A stretch of 64,000 nucleotides of DNA from Pseudomonas sp. (GTDB lineage Bacteria; Pseudomonadota; Gammaproteobacteria; Pseudomonadales; Pseudomonadaceae), in assembly GCF_036387035.1 (NCBI RefSeq), contig NZ_DASVUM010000268.1, forward strand, positions 6,671 through 70,670, read 5' to 3'. The position numbers and the translations under genes were made by a program. The notes under the pieces were generated by a model. That model saw nothing but the letters and a program-made list of their open reading frames with translations. It was not told the origin of the DNA and made no database searches. Below are positions 31,776-40,720 of this stretch, in pieces. Every line of letters starts with the position of its first letter. The stretch's first letter is position 1.

Positions 31776-32992
31776 GCCGGCGCTGGATCATCGGGCTGGT
31801 TGCCGCGCTGATGGTGCTGAGCATCGTCATCGCCAGTATTCCTGCGCTGAAGCGACTGCAGCGCTATGAGGAAATCACTGATCAGGGCCCTTCGCCTGAA
31901 GCGCAGGCCAACCCCTACCTCGCCGCCCAGACCTTTTTGCAGCAGCGAAGCATCCAGGTGAAGACGGTTGAAACGCTCGGTGCCCTCCCCGACATCCAGA
32001 CCCAGCCACAGACACTCATGCTCCTGGATTCGCGCGAGAAAATGACGCCGTCCGAGGTCAAGCGCTTGCTGGCCTGGACCCGGTCAGGCGGCCGCCTTCT
32101 GTTTGTCGCAGAACAGCTGTGGAACGAGAGCAAGGGCAGCAGCGGCGACCTTCTGCTGGACGCGTTGCAGATTCGGCAATTCCTCACCCAGGACGTACAG
32201 GAGCAAGACCGCGAACGGCAGCGCGAGCAACTCAAGCCGGTCATCCCGCTGAGCATCCCCGATGTTCAGGGGCCGGAAACCCCCTGGCCTGAATTGACCC
32301 GGTTGTATGTGCAGAACGAGCACGACCCGGCCTACATGAGCTTCGACCCGGCCTACCATCTGGATGACCCTGAAGATCATGCACAGTCGTGGGCCAACAG
32401 CGCGGACGCCACACACCTGCTGCAACTGGTCTACGGCAGCGGTTTGATCACCATCGTCAGTGACGCCGACCTGTGGAAAACCCAGGCCATCGGTGAATAC
32501 GATAATGCCTGGCTGCTCTGGTACCTGAGCCAGGACACTACCGTCACGATGTTGTTGCGCACCGAGCACGACAACCTCTTTGGCCTGCTCTGGAAATACT
32601 TCCCTCAAGCACTCCTGACGTTGGCGATATGCCTTGTGGCCTTGTTATGGCACGCCAGCATGCGCCATGGCCCACTGCTGCCGGCTCTTTCGCGCGGGCG
32701 GCGGCAGCTCAGCGAACATCTAAGGGCGAGCGCTGACTTCATGCTTCGTCGCGAAGGTCAACACGCCGCATTGCGCGCTTTGCAACAGGACATCCTGCGC
32801 CGGGCACGGCAGAAGCATCCGGGTTTTGAAACGCTGGCCGTGACCGAGCAATGGCAAACGCTGGCGCGAATGACGCGACAATCCACCAGCAGCATCGGCC
32901 AGGCACTGCGTCCGCGCCCTGAGCAACGCCTGTCCAGTACCGAATTCACCCGTCAGGTGGCCTACCTGCAAACGCTCAGGAATGCGTTGTGA
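31772..32992 (+). CDS. DUF4350-containing membrane protein
   Basis: N-terminal TM, NPYLAA, GGRLL, second TM then RHGP; ATGA overlap. Confidence 0.82.
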   Translation: MSRRWIIGLVAALMVLSIVIASIPALKRLQRYEEITDQGPSPEAQANPYLAAQTFLQQRSIQVKTVETLGALPDIQTQPQTLMLLDSREKMTPSEVKRLLAWTRSGGRLLFVAEQLWNESKGSSGDLLLDALQIRQFLTQDVQEQDRERQREQLKPVIPLSIPDVQGPETPWPELTRLYVQNEHDPAYMSFDPAYHLDDPEDHAQSWANSADATHLLQLVYGSGLITIVSDADLWKTQAIGEYDNAWLLWYLSQDTTVTMLLRTEHDNLFGLLWKYFPQALLTLAICLVALLWHASMRHGPLLPALSRGRRQLSEHLRASADFMLRREGQHAALRALQQDILRRARQKHPGFETLAVTEQWQTLARMTRQSTSSIGQALRPRPEQRLSSTEFTRQVAYLQTLRNAL

Positions 32993-33345
32993 CCGGAGAC
33001 CTCACACTCAACGCGGCCGAACAGACGCGCTTGCCGCGCACAGTGTTTCGACGCTGAAAGGCCTCGTTATGAGCCAGCAGACGATCCTCCTCATCGCTGA
33101 AAAAGCGCTTCATGGCCTTATTGCGCATGAGCGATGGGTGTTTAGCCCGACTCGCAAACACGCTTTCGAAGGCCGGGACGGCTGAGCACACACTCGGCCA
33201 TCCCGCATAGAACGCAAAATGATTGATCGGGCAGATACCCTGGAGGACAGGTCCCCGAAGAAACAGACACCAGTTGTCGCCCCAGCCAATTTTTTGCGGG
33301 CCGCACAGGTCTTTGGAACATAAGCAGCGCCAAGGATCAAAACGG

Positions 33346-34338
33346 ATGTCCACACAAGCAAACGAATTAGCACAACTGTTCGATCAACCAGAATCGGCCT
33401 CCCTCGCGGCAGGGCACGTGGACGTTGATTGTCTGATCATCGGCGCCGGGCCAGCGGGGCTGACCGCCGCTATCTATCTGGGCCGGTTTCACCGACGGGT
33501 GCTGGTGGCGGACGGGGGCCCGAGCCGGGCCAGCCTCATTCCCCTTTCCCATAACTACCCGGGCTTCCCGCCTGGCATATCCGGGCGCGACTTGCTGTCC
33601 AGACTTCGGGAGCAAGCAGAGCACTACGGTGCCACCCTCGAATCCGGGCGTGTCGAGCAGTTGCGCCAGAGTCGCACCGGCTTTGACGCTCACCTCAACG
33701 GCCGGGTGTTGAGGGCTCGCCGCGTGATATTGGCCACAGGCCTCGTCGATACGCTGCCTCATATGTCAGGCGCCTATGACGCCGTTGCGCAAAGCCGGAT
33801 TCGTTTGTGCGCGATCTGCGACGGCTACGAAGTCAACGGTGACAACGTAGCCGTTTACGGGGAGGCACACTGCGCGATTAAACATGGCGTGTTTTTGCGT
33901 AACTTCACCGACCGGGTCACTGTGTTTGCGCACGGGGAAAGCCACGCGTGTGAAGAGGCCGTCGCATTGGCCAGGCACACCGGGATCAGCCTTGTTACCG
34001 ATCGCGTCGAGCACATTGAAATGAGCAACGATCAAGTGCAACTGACCACCTGCGAGGGCAACGCCTACTGCTTCGACATCGTGTACCCCTCACTAGGGTC
34101 TCGCGTTTGCTCAGAGCTGGCCTCGAATGTGGGCGCACAAACGGACAGCGAGGGGTTTCTTCAGGTCGACGCTCATCAGGCCACCTCGGTCTCGGGGCTT
34201 TATGCCATCGGCGATGTGGTCAGCTCCCTCAAGCAAATCAGCGTTGCCAATGGGCAGGCTGCCGTCTGCGCAACTGCGGTGCATAACAGTCTTGAGACCC
34301 GACTCTGGAGCCGCCCGCACAGCGAGGCTTCACAGTAA
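33346..34338 (+). CDS. NAD(P)/FAD-dependent oxidoreductase, thioredoxin-reductase-like
   Basis: [28 protein letters not shown] (CxxC), [11 protein letters not shown]. Start uncertain (33346 or GTG 33418). Confidence 0.9.
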   Translation: MSTQANELAQLFDQPESASLAAGHVDVDCLIIGAGPAGLTAAIYLGRFHRRVLVADGGPSRASLIPLSHNYPGFPPGISGRDLLSRLREQAEHYGATLESGRVEQLRQSRTGFDAHLNGRVLRARRVILATGLVDTLPHMSGAYDAVAQSRIRLCAICDGYEVNGDNVAVYGEAHCAIKHGVFLRNFTDRVTVFAHGESHACEEAVALARHTGISLVTDRVEHIEMSNDQVQLTTCEGNAYCFDIVYPSLGSRVCSELASNVGAQTDSEGFLQVDAHQATSVSGLYAIGDVVSSLKQISVANGQAAVCATAVHNSLETRLWSRPHSEASQ

Positions 34339-34548
34339 ACGTAAATGCGCTACGAAGACGTGGAATGCATCCGGGGCTTTACGTTTGAAGGTTGCTAAAC
34401 AGTCACTGCCGACGGGTTGCGTACTCAAGGCACTTCAACTGACACTGCACGCGGTTCTATGAGCACGACCGCCAAGGGTCTTTCGACTCGTGGTGGATTC
34501 ATGTCATGGAGATAAATGGAATTCAACCGTGAGTAGAGTTTGAGAGTG

Positions 34549-35625
34549 ATGAGCGATCAACCGACCGAGCCGGCGCCTTTGGGCAACCCCCTTCCCGCGC
34601 CTGACTTGCCTTCGGCAGGGTCTGCAGAGGCCGACCCTCATGCGGCGCAGGGCAGTCACCCGGCGCAGCAGCGTCAGCGCGCGATTCATCTGGTGCAGGC
34701 TGTACGGCATGAGCTGCAGAAAGCCGTCATCGGCCAGAACGCCGTCATCGATGACGTGCTGACCGCGCTGATCGGCGGCGGGCATGTGTTGCTCGAAGGC
34801 GTGCCCGGTCTGGGCAAGACGCTTCTGGTGCGGGCGCTAGCCCGGTGTTTCGGCGGTGAGTTCGCGCGCATCCAGTTTACGCCTGACCTCATGCCCAGCG
34901 ACGTGACCGGGCATGCCGTCTACGACATGCAGAGCGAGCAGTTCAAGCTGCGCAAGGGGCCGCTGTTTACCCATCTGCTGCTCGCGGACGAGATCAACCG
35001 CGCACCGGCGAAGACCCAGGCCGCGCTGCTTGAAGCAATGCAGGAACGTCAGGTCACGCTGGAAGGCCGTGCCCTGCCGGTGCCGCAACCGTTCATGGTG
35101 CTGGCGACGCAAAACCCGATCGAACAGGAGGGCACCTACCCACTGCCTGAAGCCGAACTCGATCGCTTCATGCTTAAAGTGCGCATGGACTATCCCCAGG
35201 CCGACCAGGAACTGGAGATGGTCCGCCAGGTGACCCGTTCGACACGCTCGGACATGCTCGACATTCAGCCCTTGCGCACGTTGATGCAAGCCAGGGACGT
35301 GCAGGCACTGCAACGCATCGCCGGCGAGCTGCCGGTGGATGAGCAGGTCCTCGATTATGCCGTTCGGCTCGCCCGCACCACGCGCACATGGCCGGGCCTG
35401 ACGCTTGGCGCAGGACCGCGGGCCTCCATCGCGCTGATTCGGGGCGCACGGGCGCGTGCGTTGTTGCGCGGCGGCGAGTTCGTTGTCCCCGATGACGTCA
35501 AAGGCTGTGCGCTGGCGGTGCTCCGTCATCGGGTCAGGCTTGCGCCGGAGCTGGACATCGAAGGGTTGTCGGTGGATCAGGTGCTCAGGCAATTGCTGGA
35601 TCAGGTGGCGGCGCCGCGTCGATGA
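34549..35625 (+). CDS. MoxR-family AAA+ ATPase
   Basis: GHVLLEGVPGLGKT, RIQFTPDLMPSD, DEINRAP, ATQNPIEQEGTYPLPEAELDRF. Confidence 0.95.
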   Translation: MSDQPTEPAPLGNPLPAPDLPSAGSAEADPHAAQGSHPAQQRQRAIHLVQAVRHELQKAVIGQNAVIDDVLTALIGGGHVLLEGVPGLGKTLLVRALARCFGGEFARIQFTPDLMPSDVTGHAVYDMQSEQFKLRKGPLFTHLLLADEINRAPAKTQAALLEAMQERQVTLEGRALPVPQPFMVLATQNPIEQEGTYPLPEAELDRFMLKVRMDYPQADQELEMVRQVTRSTRSDMLDIQPLRTLMQARDVQALQRIAGELPVDEQVLDYAVRLARTTRTWPGLTLGAGPRASIALIRGARARALLRGGEFVVPDDVKGCALAVLRHRVRLAPELDIEGLSVDQVLRQLLDQVAAPRR

Positions 35626-36977
35626 AGCAATTGCTCAAGCCGTCAACGCGCATGCTCTGGTGGCTGGCCGTTCTGCTCGGCGTCTCGGTGCTGCTCGGCA
35701 TCCTCCAGGCATTGGGGCGAGACTCCGCTGAGCGGCTGGATGGCTTTTTCTGGACCCTGCTGTGGGTGATGACCGCCGTAGCGGCCCTGGATGCGGGCTG
35801 GCTTTGGCGCCTGCCCTCCCCCCGCGTCAAGCGGCACATCAATGGCAGTCTCGGGATGGGACGCTGGAGCGAGGTGCAGATCAACCTGGAACACGATTCC
35901 GCCCGCGCGCTTTCCGTGAGCCTCTTTGACCATGGCCCCTTGGAACCGCACGCCCGCTACGAAACCGAGAACCTGCCGCAGGACGTCCTGCTGCGCCCCC
36001 AGCGCACTGCGCAGTTGACCTATCGCCTGCGCCCGGTCAGTCGGGGGGACTTCACGTTCGAACGGACCGAACTCGTCATACGCAGCCCATTGCGCTTGTG
36101 GTCATCCCGGCGTTATGTGCTCAACCCTGACATCGTTCGGGTGTACCCGGATTTCGCCCGGTTGCACAACGGCCAGCTGTTGGGCGTCGAGAACTGGCTC
36201 AGCCAGACCGGTATTCGCCAACAGCCGCGCCGAGGGCCGGGACTGGAATTCCATCAATTGCGCGAGTTTCGTGAAGGCGACAGCCTGCGCCAGATCGACT
36301 GGAAAGCCACTGCGCGGCACCGTGCGCCCATTGCGCGGGAATACCAGGACGAACGCGACCAGCAGATTTTGTTCATGCTCGACTGCGGCCGACGCATGCG
36401 CAGCCAGGATGGCGAGCTGACGCATTTCGACCATGCGCTGAACGCCTGTCTGCTCCTGTCTTATGTGGCGTTGCGTCAGGGCGACGCCGTCGGGCTGTCG
36501 ACATTTGCGGGTGAGCAGGACAAACATCTGCCACCGGTGAAAGGCGCCAGCCAGCTGAACGTGCTGTTGAATCACCTCTACAACGTGAACGCGACGCAGC
36601 GCCCTGCCGATTACGCCACCGCGATGCGACACATCCTCGCGCGGCAAAAACGCCGGGCGCTGGTGGTCTTGGTCACCAACCTGCGCGATGAAGATGACGA
36701 GCAATTACTGGGAGCGGTCAAACAGCTGAGCCGCCATCATCGGGTGCTGATCGCAAGTCTGCGCGAAGCCGTGCTCGACGACCTGCGTCAAACGCCTGTG
36801 CACACGTGGCAACAGGCCGTGGACTATTGCGGGGCGGTCGATTTGCTCAACGCACGCAGCGGGCTGCATGAGCGTTTGGTCGCCCATGGAATCCCGGTGC
36901 TGGATGTGCGCCCCAGTGAGCTGGGGCCGGAGTTGGTCAGTCGATACCTGAGCTGGAAAAAGGCCGGCGCGCTTTGA
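35622..36977 (+). CDS. DUF58 / VWA-like MoxR partner
   Basis: EFHQLREFREGD, IDWKATAR, LDCGRRM, GDAVGL. Confidence 0.9.
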   Translation: MKQLLKPSTRMLWWLAVLLGVSVLLGILQALGRDSAERLDGFFWTLLWVMTAVAALDAGWLWRLPSPRVKRHINGSLGMGRWSEVQINLEHDSARALSVSLFDHGPLEPHARYETENLPQDVLLRPQRTAQLTYRLRPVSRGDFTFERTELVIRSPLRLWSSRRYVLNPDIVRVYPDFARLHNGQLLGVENWLSQTGIRQQPRRGPGLEFHQLREFREGDSLRQIDWKATARHRAPIAREYQDERDQQILFMLDCGRRMRSQDGELTHFDHALNACLLLSYVALRQGDAVGLSTFAGEQDKHLPPVKGASQLNVLLNHLYNVNATQRPADYATAMRHILARQKRRALVVLVTNLRDEDDEQLLGAVKQLSRHHRVLIASLREAVLDDLRQTPVHTWQQAVDYCGAVDLLNARSGLHERLVAHGIPVLDVRPSELGPELVSRYLSWKKAGAL

Positions 36978-36989
36978 ACGCGACCCTCT

Positions 36990-37349
36990 TCAGGCAGACG
37001 CTTCCATTGGATAGAAGCTGAAATAGTGCTGTAGCGCCTGAATGAGGACGAAATACTCGGCAGGGGCCGCCTGGAGGCGGAAGCCGGAATCAAACACCCG
37101 CGGGGTTTCGTCTTCGTGGCACCACAGGCAACTGGCATCGATGTCGATGTTATAGAGGCCATGCTTGCCGTCCGGCACTTTCAGGCGCAGCTGAAAATCG
37201 GCCCCCACCAGAATTGGCAGGTCGCTGATCAGCATCAAGCCCTGCTCTGACACGTTCCCCAGACACCCCATGGGCTTATCGGTGAACCGGTTAAATACCT
37301 GCAGGTAGTACGGCAGTTGGTGACGCTCTATTCGTCTTTCGTTAAGCAT
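36990..37349 (-). CDS. Single-domain PilZ protein
   Basis: RRIER (RxxxR) and NVSEQG (D/NxSxxG) c-di-GMP motifs. Confidence 0.85.
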   Translation of the reverse strand: MLNERRIERHQLPYYLQVFNRFTDKPMGCLGNVSEQGLMLISDLPILVGADFQLRLKVPDGKHGLYNIDIDASCLWCHEDETPRVFDSGFRLQAAPAEYFVLIQALQHYFSFYPMEASA

Positions 37350-37663
37350 TCGAACACTCGCCCTGAGATGACCATTGAGCATGGCCGCGCTAGTGCCTTG
37401 GGATTCGGTTGCACAGAACTGCCAGAGCCGCGCAACACCAGAATCCATCCGTTGAAAACCGATGACGACATCTGACTCACCCGGCGCCGGCAAAAGTCAC
37501 TGATCCGCGCGTTCAATTCGGGATAATCGTGTCTATCCCGCCCGCTTTCAGATCAGTGGCGATACCTTATCGCCAAAACACTTAGGTCCCTACCCATCTC
37601 AGCCTAGCTCAGGTTTTCCCGTTATCCACCCGTAAACGTGACCGTACATCCACTCGGGTGTAA

Positions 37664-38038
37664 CTACCGTGAAGCAGCGCGCGGGGTGGCGGGCGGCGCC
37701 AGGTTGTCGTGGCCGAGCTGATGCAGCGTGTCCAGACGAGCCTTGGCACGGAAGGCGTATTCGCTTTCCGGAAACTGGGTGATGATGTACTGGTAGGTCT
37801 GGACCGCGTCCATGTAGAACTTCTGGCGTTCCAGGCACTGGCCGCGAAGCATCGACACTTCAGGCTGTACATAACGGCGCGAACGGCTTTCCCGGTCGAC
37901 TTTCGACAGGTTGTACATCACCGCGTCGCAGTCGCCCTGGGCGTAGGCGCGGTTGGCATTGTTCAAATGGCTGTTCATTGCCCAGCGGGTGCAGCCACCC
38001 AGGGCAAGCAGCGCCACTAATATCATCACGATTCGCAT
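37664..38038 (-). CDS. TPR-like lipoprotein
   Basis: Lipobox LGGC, helical repeat ending in FPESEYA. Confidence 0.8.
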   Translation of the reverse strand: MRIVMILVALLALGGCTRWAMNSHLNNANRAYAQGDCDAVMYNLSKVDRESRSRRYVQPEVSMLRGQCLERQKFYMDAVQTYQYIITQFPESEYAFRAKARLDTLHQLGHDNLAPPATPRAASR

Positions 38039-38217
38039 GAGAGTCTCCTGTGCTCAGCCCTTGTATCGGCGTATTGCAGGATTTCTTCAAGGGCGATTTG
38101 AGCGCCGCCGGCCGGCCGATTGCCCAGCGATCAGGAGGTCAGGTAGTGCAAAGGAACAATGACTACAGGGCAATAGAGTAGTAGCCTCTTGCTGCGCTTC
38201 ATTTAAGGAGTTTGTGC

Positions 38218-39669
38218 ATGACCGTTCGCCGCACCAAAATCGTAGCCACACTGGGCCCTGCCAGTAATTCGCCAGAAGTCATCGAGAAGCTGATTCTTGC
38301 TGGCCTGGACGTCGCCCGCCTGAACTTCTCCCACGGTACGCCCGACGAGCACAAGGCTCGCGCGAAGCTGATCCGCGACATCGCCGCCAAGAACGGCCGG
38401 TTCGTCGCGTTGCTGGGTGACCTTCAAGGCCCGAAAATCCGCATCGCCAAATTCGTCAACAAGAAGATCGAGCTGAAGGTAGGTGACACGTTTACCTTTT
38501 CTACCAGCCATCCTCTGACTGACGGCAACCAGGACATCGTCGGTATCGATTACCCCGATCTGGTCAAGGACTGCGGCGTCGGCGACGAGCTGCTGCTGGA
38601 CGATGGACGCGTGGTCATGCGCGTTGACACGCAAACCGCCGATGCACTGCATTGCACCGTGACGATCGGCGGCCCGCTGTCAGATCATAAAGGCATCAAC
38701 CGTCGCGGTGGCGGCCTTACGGCACCGGCGTTGACCGAGAAAGACAAGCAGGACATCAAGCTCGCTGCCGAAATGGACCTGGACTACCTGGCGGTTTCCT
38801 TCCCGCGTGATGCGGCCGACATGGAGTACGCACGCAAACTGCGTGACGAGTCCGGCGGCACCGCCTGGCTGGTGGCGAAGATCGAACGCGCCGAAGCCGT
38901 TGCCAACGACGAAACCCTTGATGCGCTGATCCGCGCCAGCGACGCGGTCATGGTTGCCCGCGGCGACCTGGGCGTGGAAATCGGCGACGCCGAGCTGGTC
39001 GGCGTCCAGAAGAAAATCATTTTGCACGCACGTCGCCATAACAAGGCGGTGATCGTTGCCACGCAGATGATGGAATCGATGATTTCCAGCCCGATGCCAA
39101 CCCGCGCTGAAGTGTCCGACGTGGCCAACGCCGTGCTCGACTACACCGACGCCGTGATGCTGTCCGCTGAAAGTGCTGCCGGCTCCTACCCTGTCGAAGC
39201 CGTGGAAGCGATGGCGCGCATTTGCGTCGGCGCCGAGCGTCACCCGACCGGCAAGACCTCCAGCCACCGCGTCGGTCACTCGTTCACCCGTTGTGACGAA
39301 AGCATCGCGCTGGCGGCCATGTACACCGCCAACCACTTCCCTGGCGTGAAAGCGATCATTGCGTTGACCGAAAGCGGCTACACCCCGCTGATCATGTCGC
39401 GCATTCGCTCCTCGGTGCCGATCTACGCGTTCTCCCCGCACCGTGGCACCCAGGCGCGCGCGGCGATGTTCCGTGGCGTTTACACCATTCCGTTCGACCC
39501 GGCGGCACTGCCAGCCGGCCAAGTCAGCCAGTCGGCTGTGGACGAATTGGTCAAACGCGGTCTGGTTGAGCAAGGCGACTGGGTCATCCTGACCAAGGGT
39601 GACAGCTACCACACCATCGGCGGCACCAACGGCATGAAGATCCTTCACGTCGGCGACCCAATGGTTTAA
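38218..39669 (+). CDS. pykA: Pyruvate kinase II
   Basis: RRTKIVATLGP, RLNFSHG, DLQGPKIR, MVARGDLGVE. Confidence 0.97.
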   Translation: MTVRRTKIVATLGPASNSPEVIEKLILAGLDVARLNFSHGTPDEHKARAKLIRDIAAKNGRFVALLGDLQGPKIRIAKFVNKKIELKVGDTFTFSTSHPLTDGNQDIVGIDYPDLVKDCGVGDELLLDDGRVVMRVDTQTADALHCTVTIGGPLSDHKGINRRGGGLTAPALTEKDKQDIKLAAEMDLDYLAVSFPRDAADMEYARKLRDESGGTAWLVAKIERAEAVANDETLDALIRASDAVMVARGDLGVEIGDAELVGVQKKIILHARRHNKAVIVATQMMESMISSPMPTRAEVSDVANAVLDYTDAVMLSAESAAGSYPVEAVEAMARICVGAERHPTGKTSSHRVGHSFTRCDESIALAAMYTANHFPGVKAIIALTESGYTPLIMSRIRSSVPIYAFSPHRGTQARAAMFRGVYTIPFDPAALPAGQVSQSAVDELVKRGLVEQGDWVILTKGDSYHTIGGTNGMKILHVGDPMV

Positions 39670-39688
39670 GGCGCGGCCTGCAACAAGC

Positions 39689-39725
39689 AAAAGCCCCGGC
39701 GCTCGTGAGAGGTCGGGGCTTTTTT
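39689..39725. terminator. Intrinsic terminator after pykA
   Basis: AAAAGCCCCGGC...GTCGGGGCTTTTTT. Confidence 0.8.
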
Positions 39726-39781
39726 GTTTACAGCGTGGCGCATCAGTCCCCCGTCACACCGCAGCAGACGTCGAAGGCAGA

Positions 39782-40720
39782 TCAGGCTTTTTCGACGAAA
39801 ACGTCCGCGAGCAATTGTCCTCTTGGCAAGCCGGCGATAAACAGCCGTTTGGAAAAGGCTTCGACGCTCGCTGGCGAGCCGCAGACCAGCGCGACGGTCT
39901 GACGGGAGGTGATACGCAGGCTGACGAGGGCGTCTTGAAAGTCGACAGCGCTTATCAGGTCAATCTGCAGGTTCGGATGCGCTTGCGCCAACTGCTTCAA
40001 CGGCTCTGCCAAATAGTGCTCGCCGCTATCGCGGGCCAGATGCAGCACCCTGATCGGCCCCTGGTGCTCCTGACGCAACGCTTCACGCAACACCGCCCAC
40101 AGCGGGCCCAGTCCGGTGCCTGCCGCCAGCAGGAGCAAAGGGCGCTCCTGCCAGTCAGGGTCGTATTGCAGTGCCCCGCCGCGCAGTTCCCCGAGCCTGA
40201 CCGGATCACCTGCTTTCAGGGCACGCGCCACATCGACGAATGCGCCGGGGTGCTGGCAATCCAGGTGAAACTCCAGAAATGCGTCGTCGCCAGGCAGGCT
40301 GGCCAGCGAATACGGTCGTGCAACGCCACTGGCTGTCCACAGCACCAGATGCTGCCCCGCGCGGTACCGCAGCGGGCGCTCGGGCTCAAGGCGCAGGCGC
40401 AGCACTGAAGCGCTGAGCCAGTGGTAATCGCTCACCAGAGCGGGCAAACCGTCGCGCAAGGGATCGAATATTTCCACGGACAGGTCTTGGACCACGCGGC
40501 ATTGGCAGGCCAGACGCCAGCCTTTATCGCGTTTGTCGGCGTCCAGCGCCTGCGGCAGCTCATCGAGCGGCTCACCACGGACACAGCGCACCATGCAGGC
40601 GTGGCAACTGCCGGCACGACAGCTGTAGGGCACAGACAGACCGGCGTCGTTCAAAGCATCCAGCAGAGGGGCCCCGGCTGCGACCGACCATTGCCGGTCG
40701 CCGACATGCAATTCAGGCAT
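39782..40720 (-). CDS. 2Fe-2S ferredoxin:NAD(P)H reductase (OdaA/PA4331-like)
   Basis: CRAGSCHAC...C ferredoxin, RPYS FAD motif, AAGTGLGP, CG motif. Confidence 0.9.
   Translation of the reverse strand: MPELHVGDRQWSVAAGAPLLDALNDAGLSVPYSCRAGSCHACMVRCVRGEPLDELPQALDADKRDKGWRLACQCRVVQDLSVEIFDPLRDGLPALVSDYHWLSASVLRLRLEPERPLRYRAGQHLVLWTASGVARPYSLASLPGDDAFLEFHLDCQHPGAFVDVARALKAGDPVRLGELRGGALQYDPDWQERPLLLLAAGTGLGPLWAVLREALRQEHQGPIRVLHLARDSGEHYLAEPLKQLAQAHPNLQIDLISAVDFQDALVSLRITSRQTVALVCGSPASVEAFSKRLFIAGLPRGQLLADVFVEKA

Noticed and set aside
33315-33341. AlgU/sigmaE-like promoter GGAACAT...TCAAA before the reductase
   Set aside because: The spacer is 15 nt, shorter than the usual 16-17, and it overlaps the likely RBS; too weak to call.
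34337-34386. AAACGTAAA / TTTACGTTT inverted repeat as a mobile-element end
   Set aside because: Both arms lie just after the reductase stop instead of flanking the insert; more likely an mRNA 3' hairpin.
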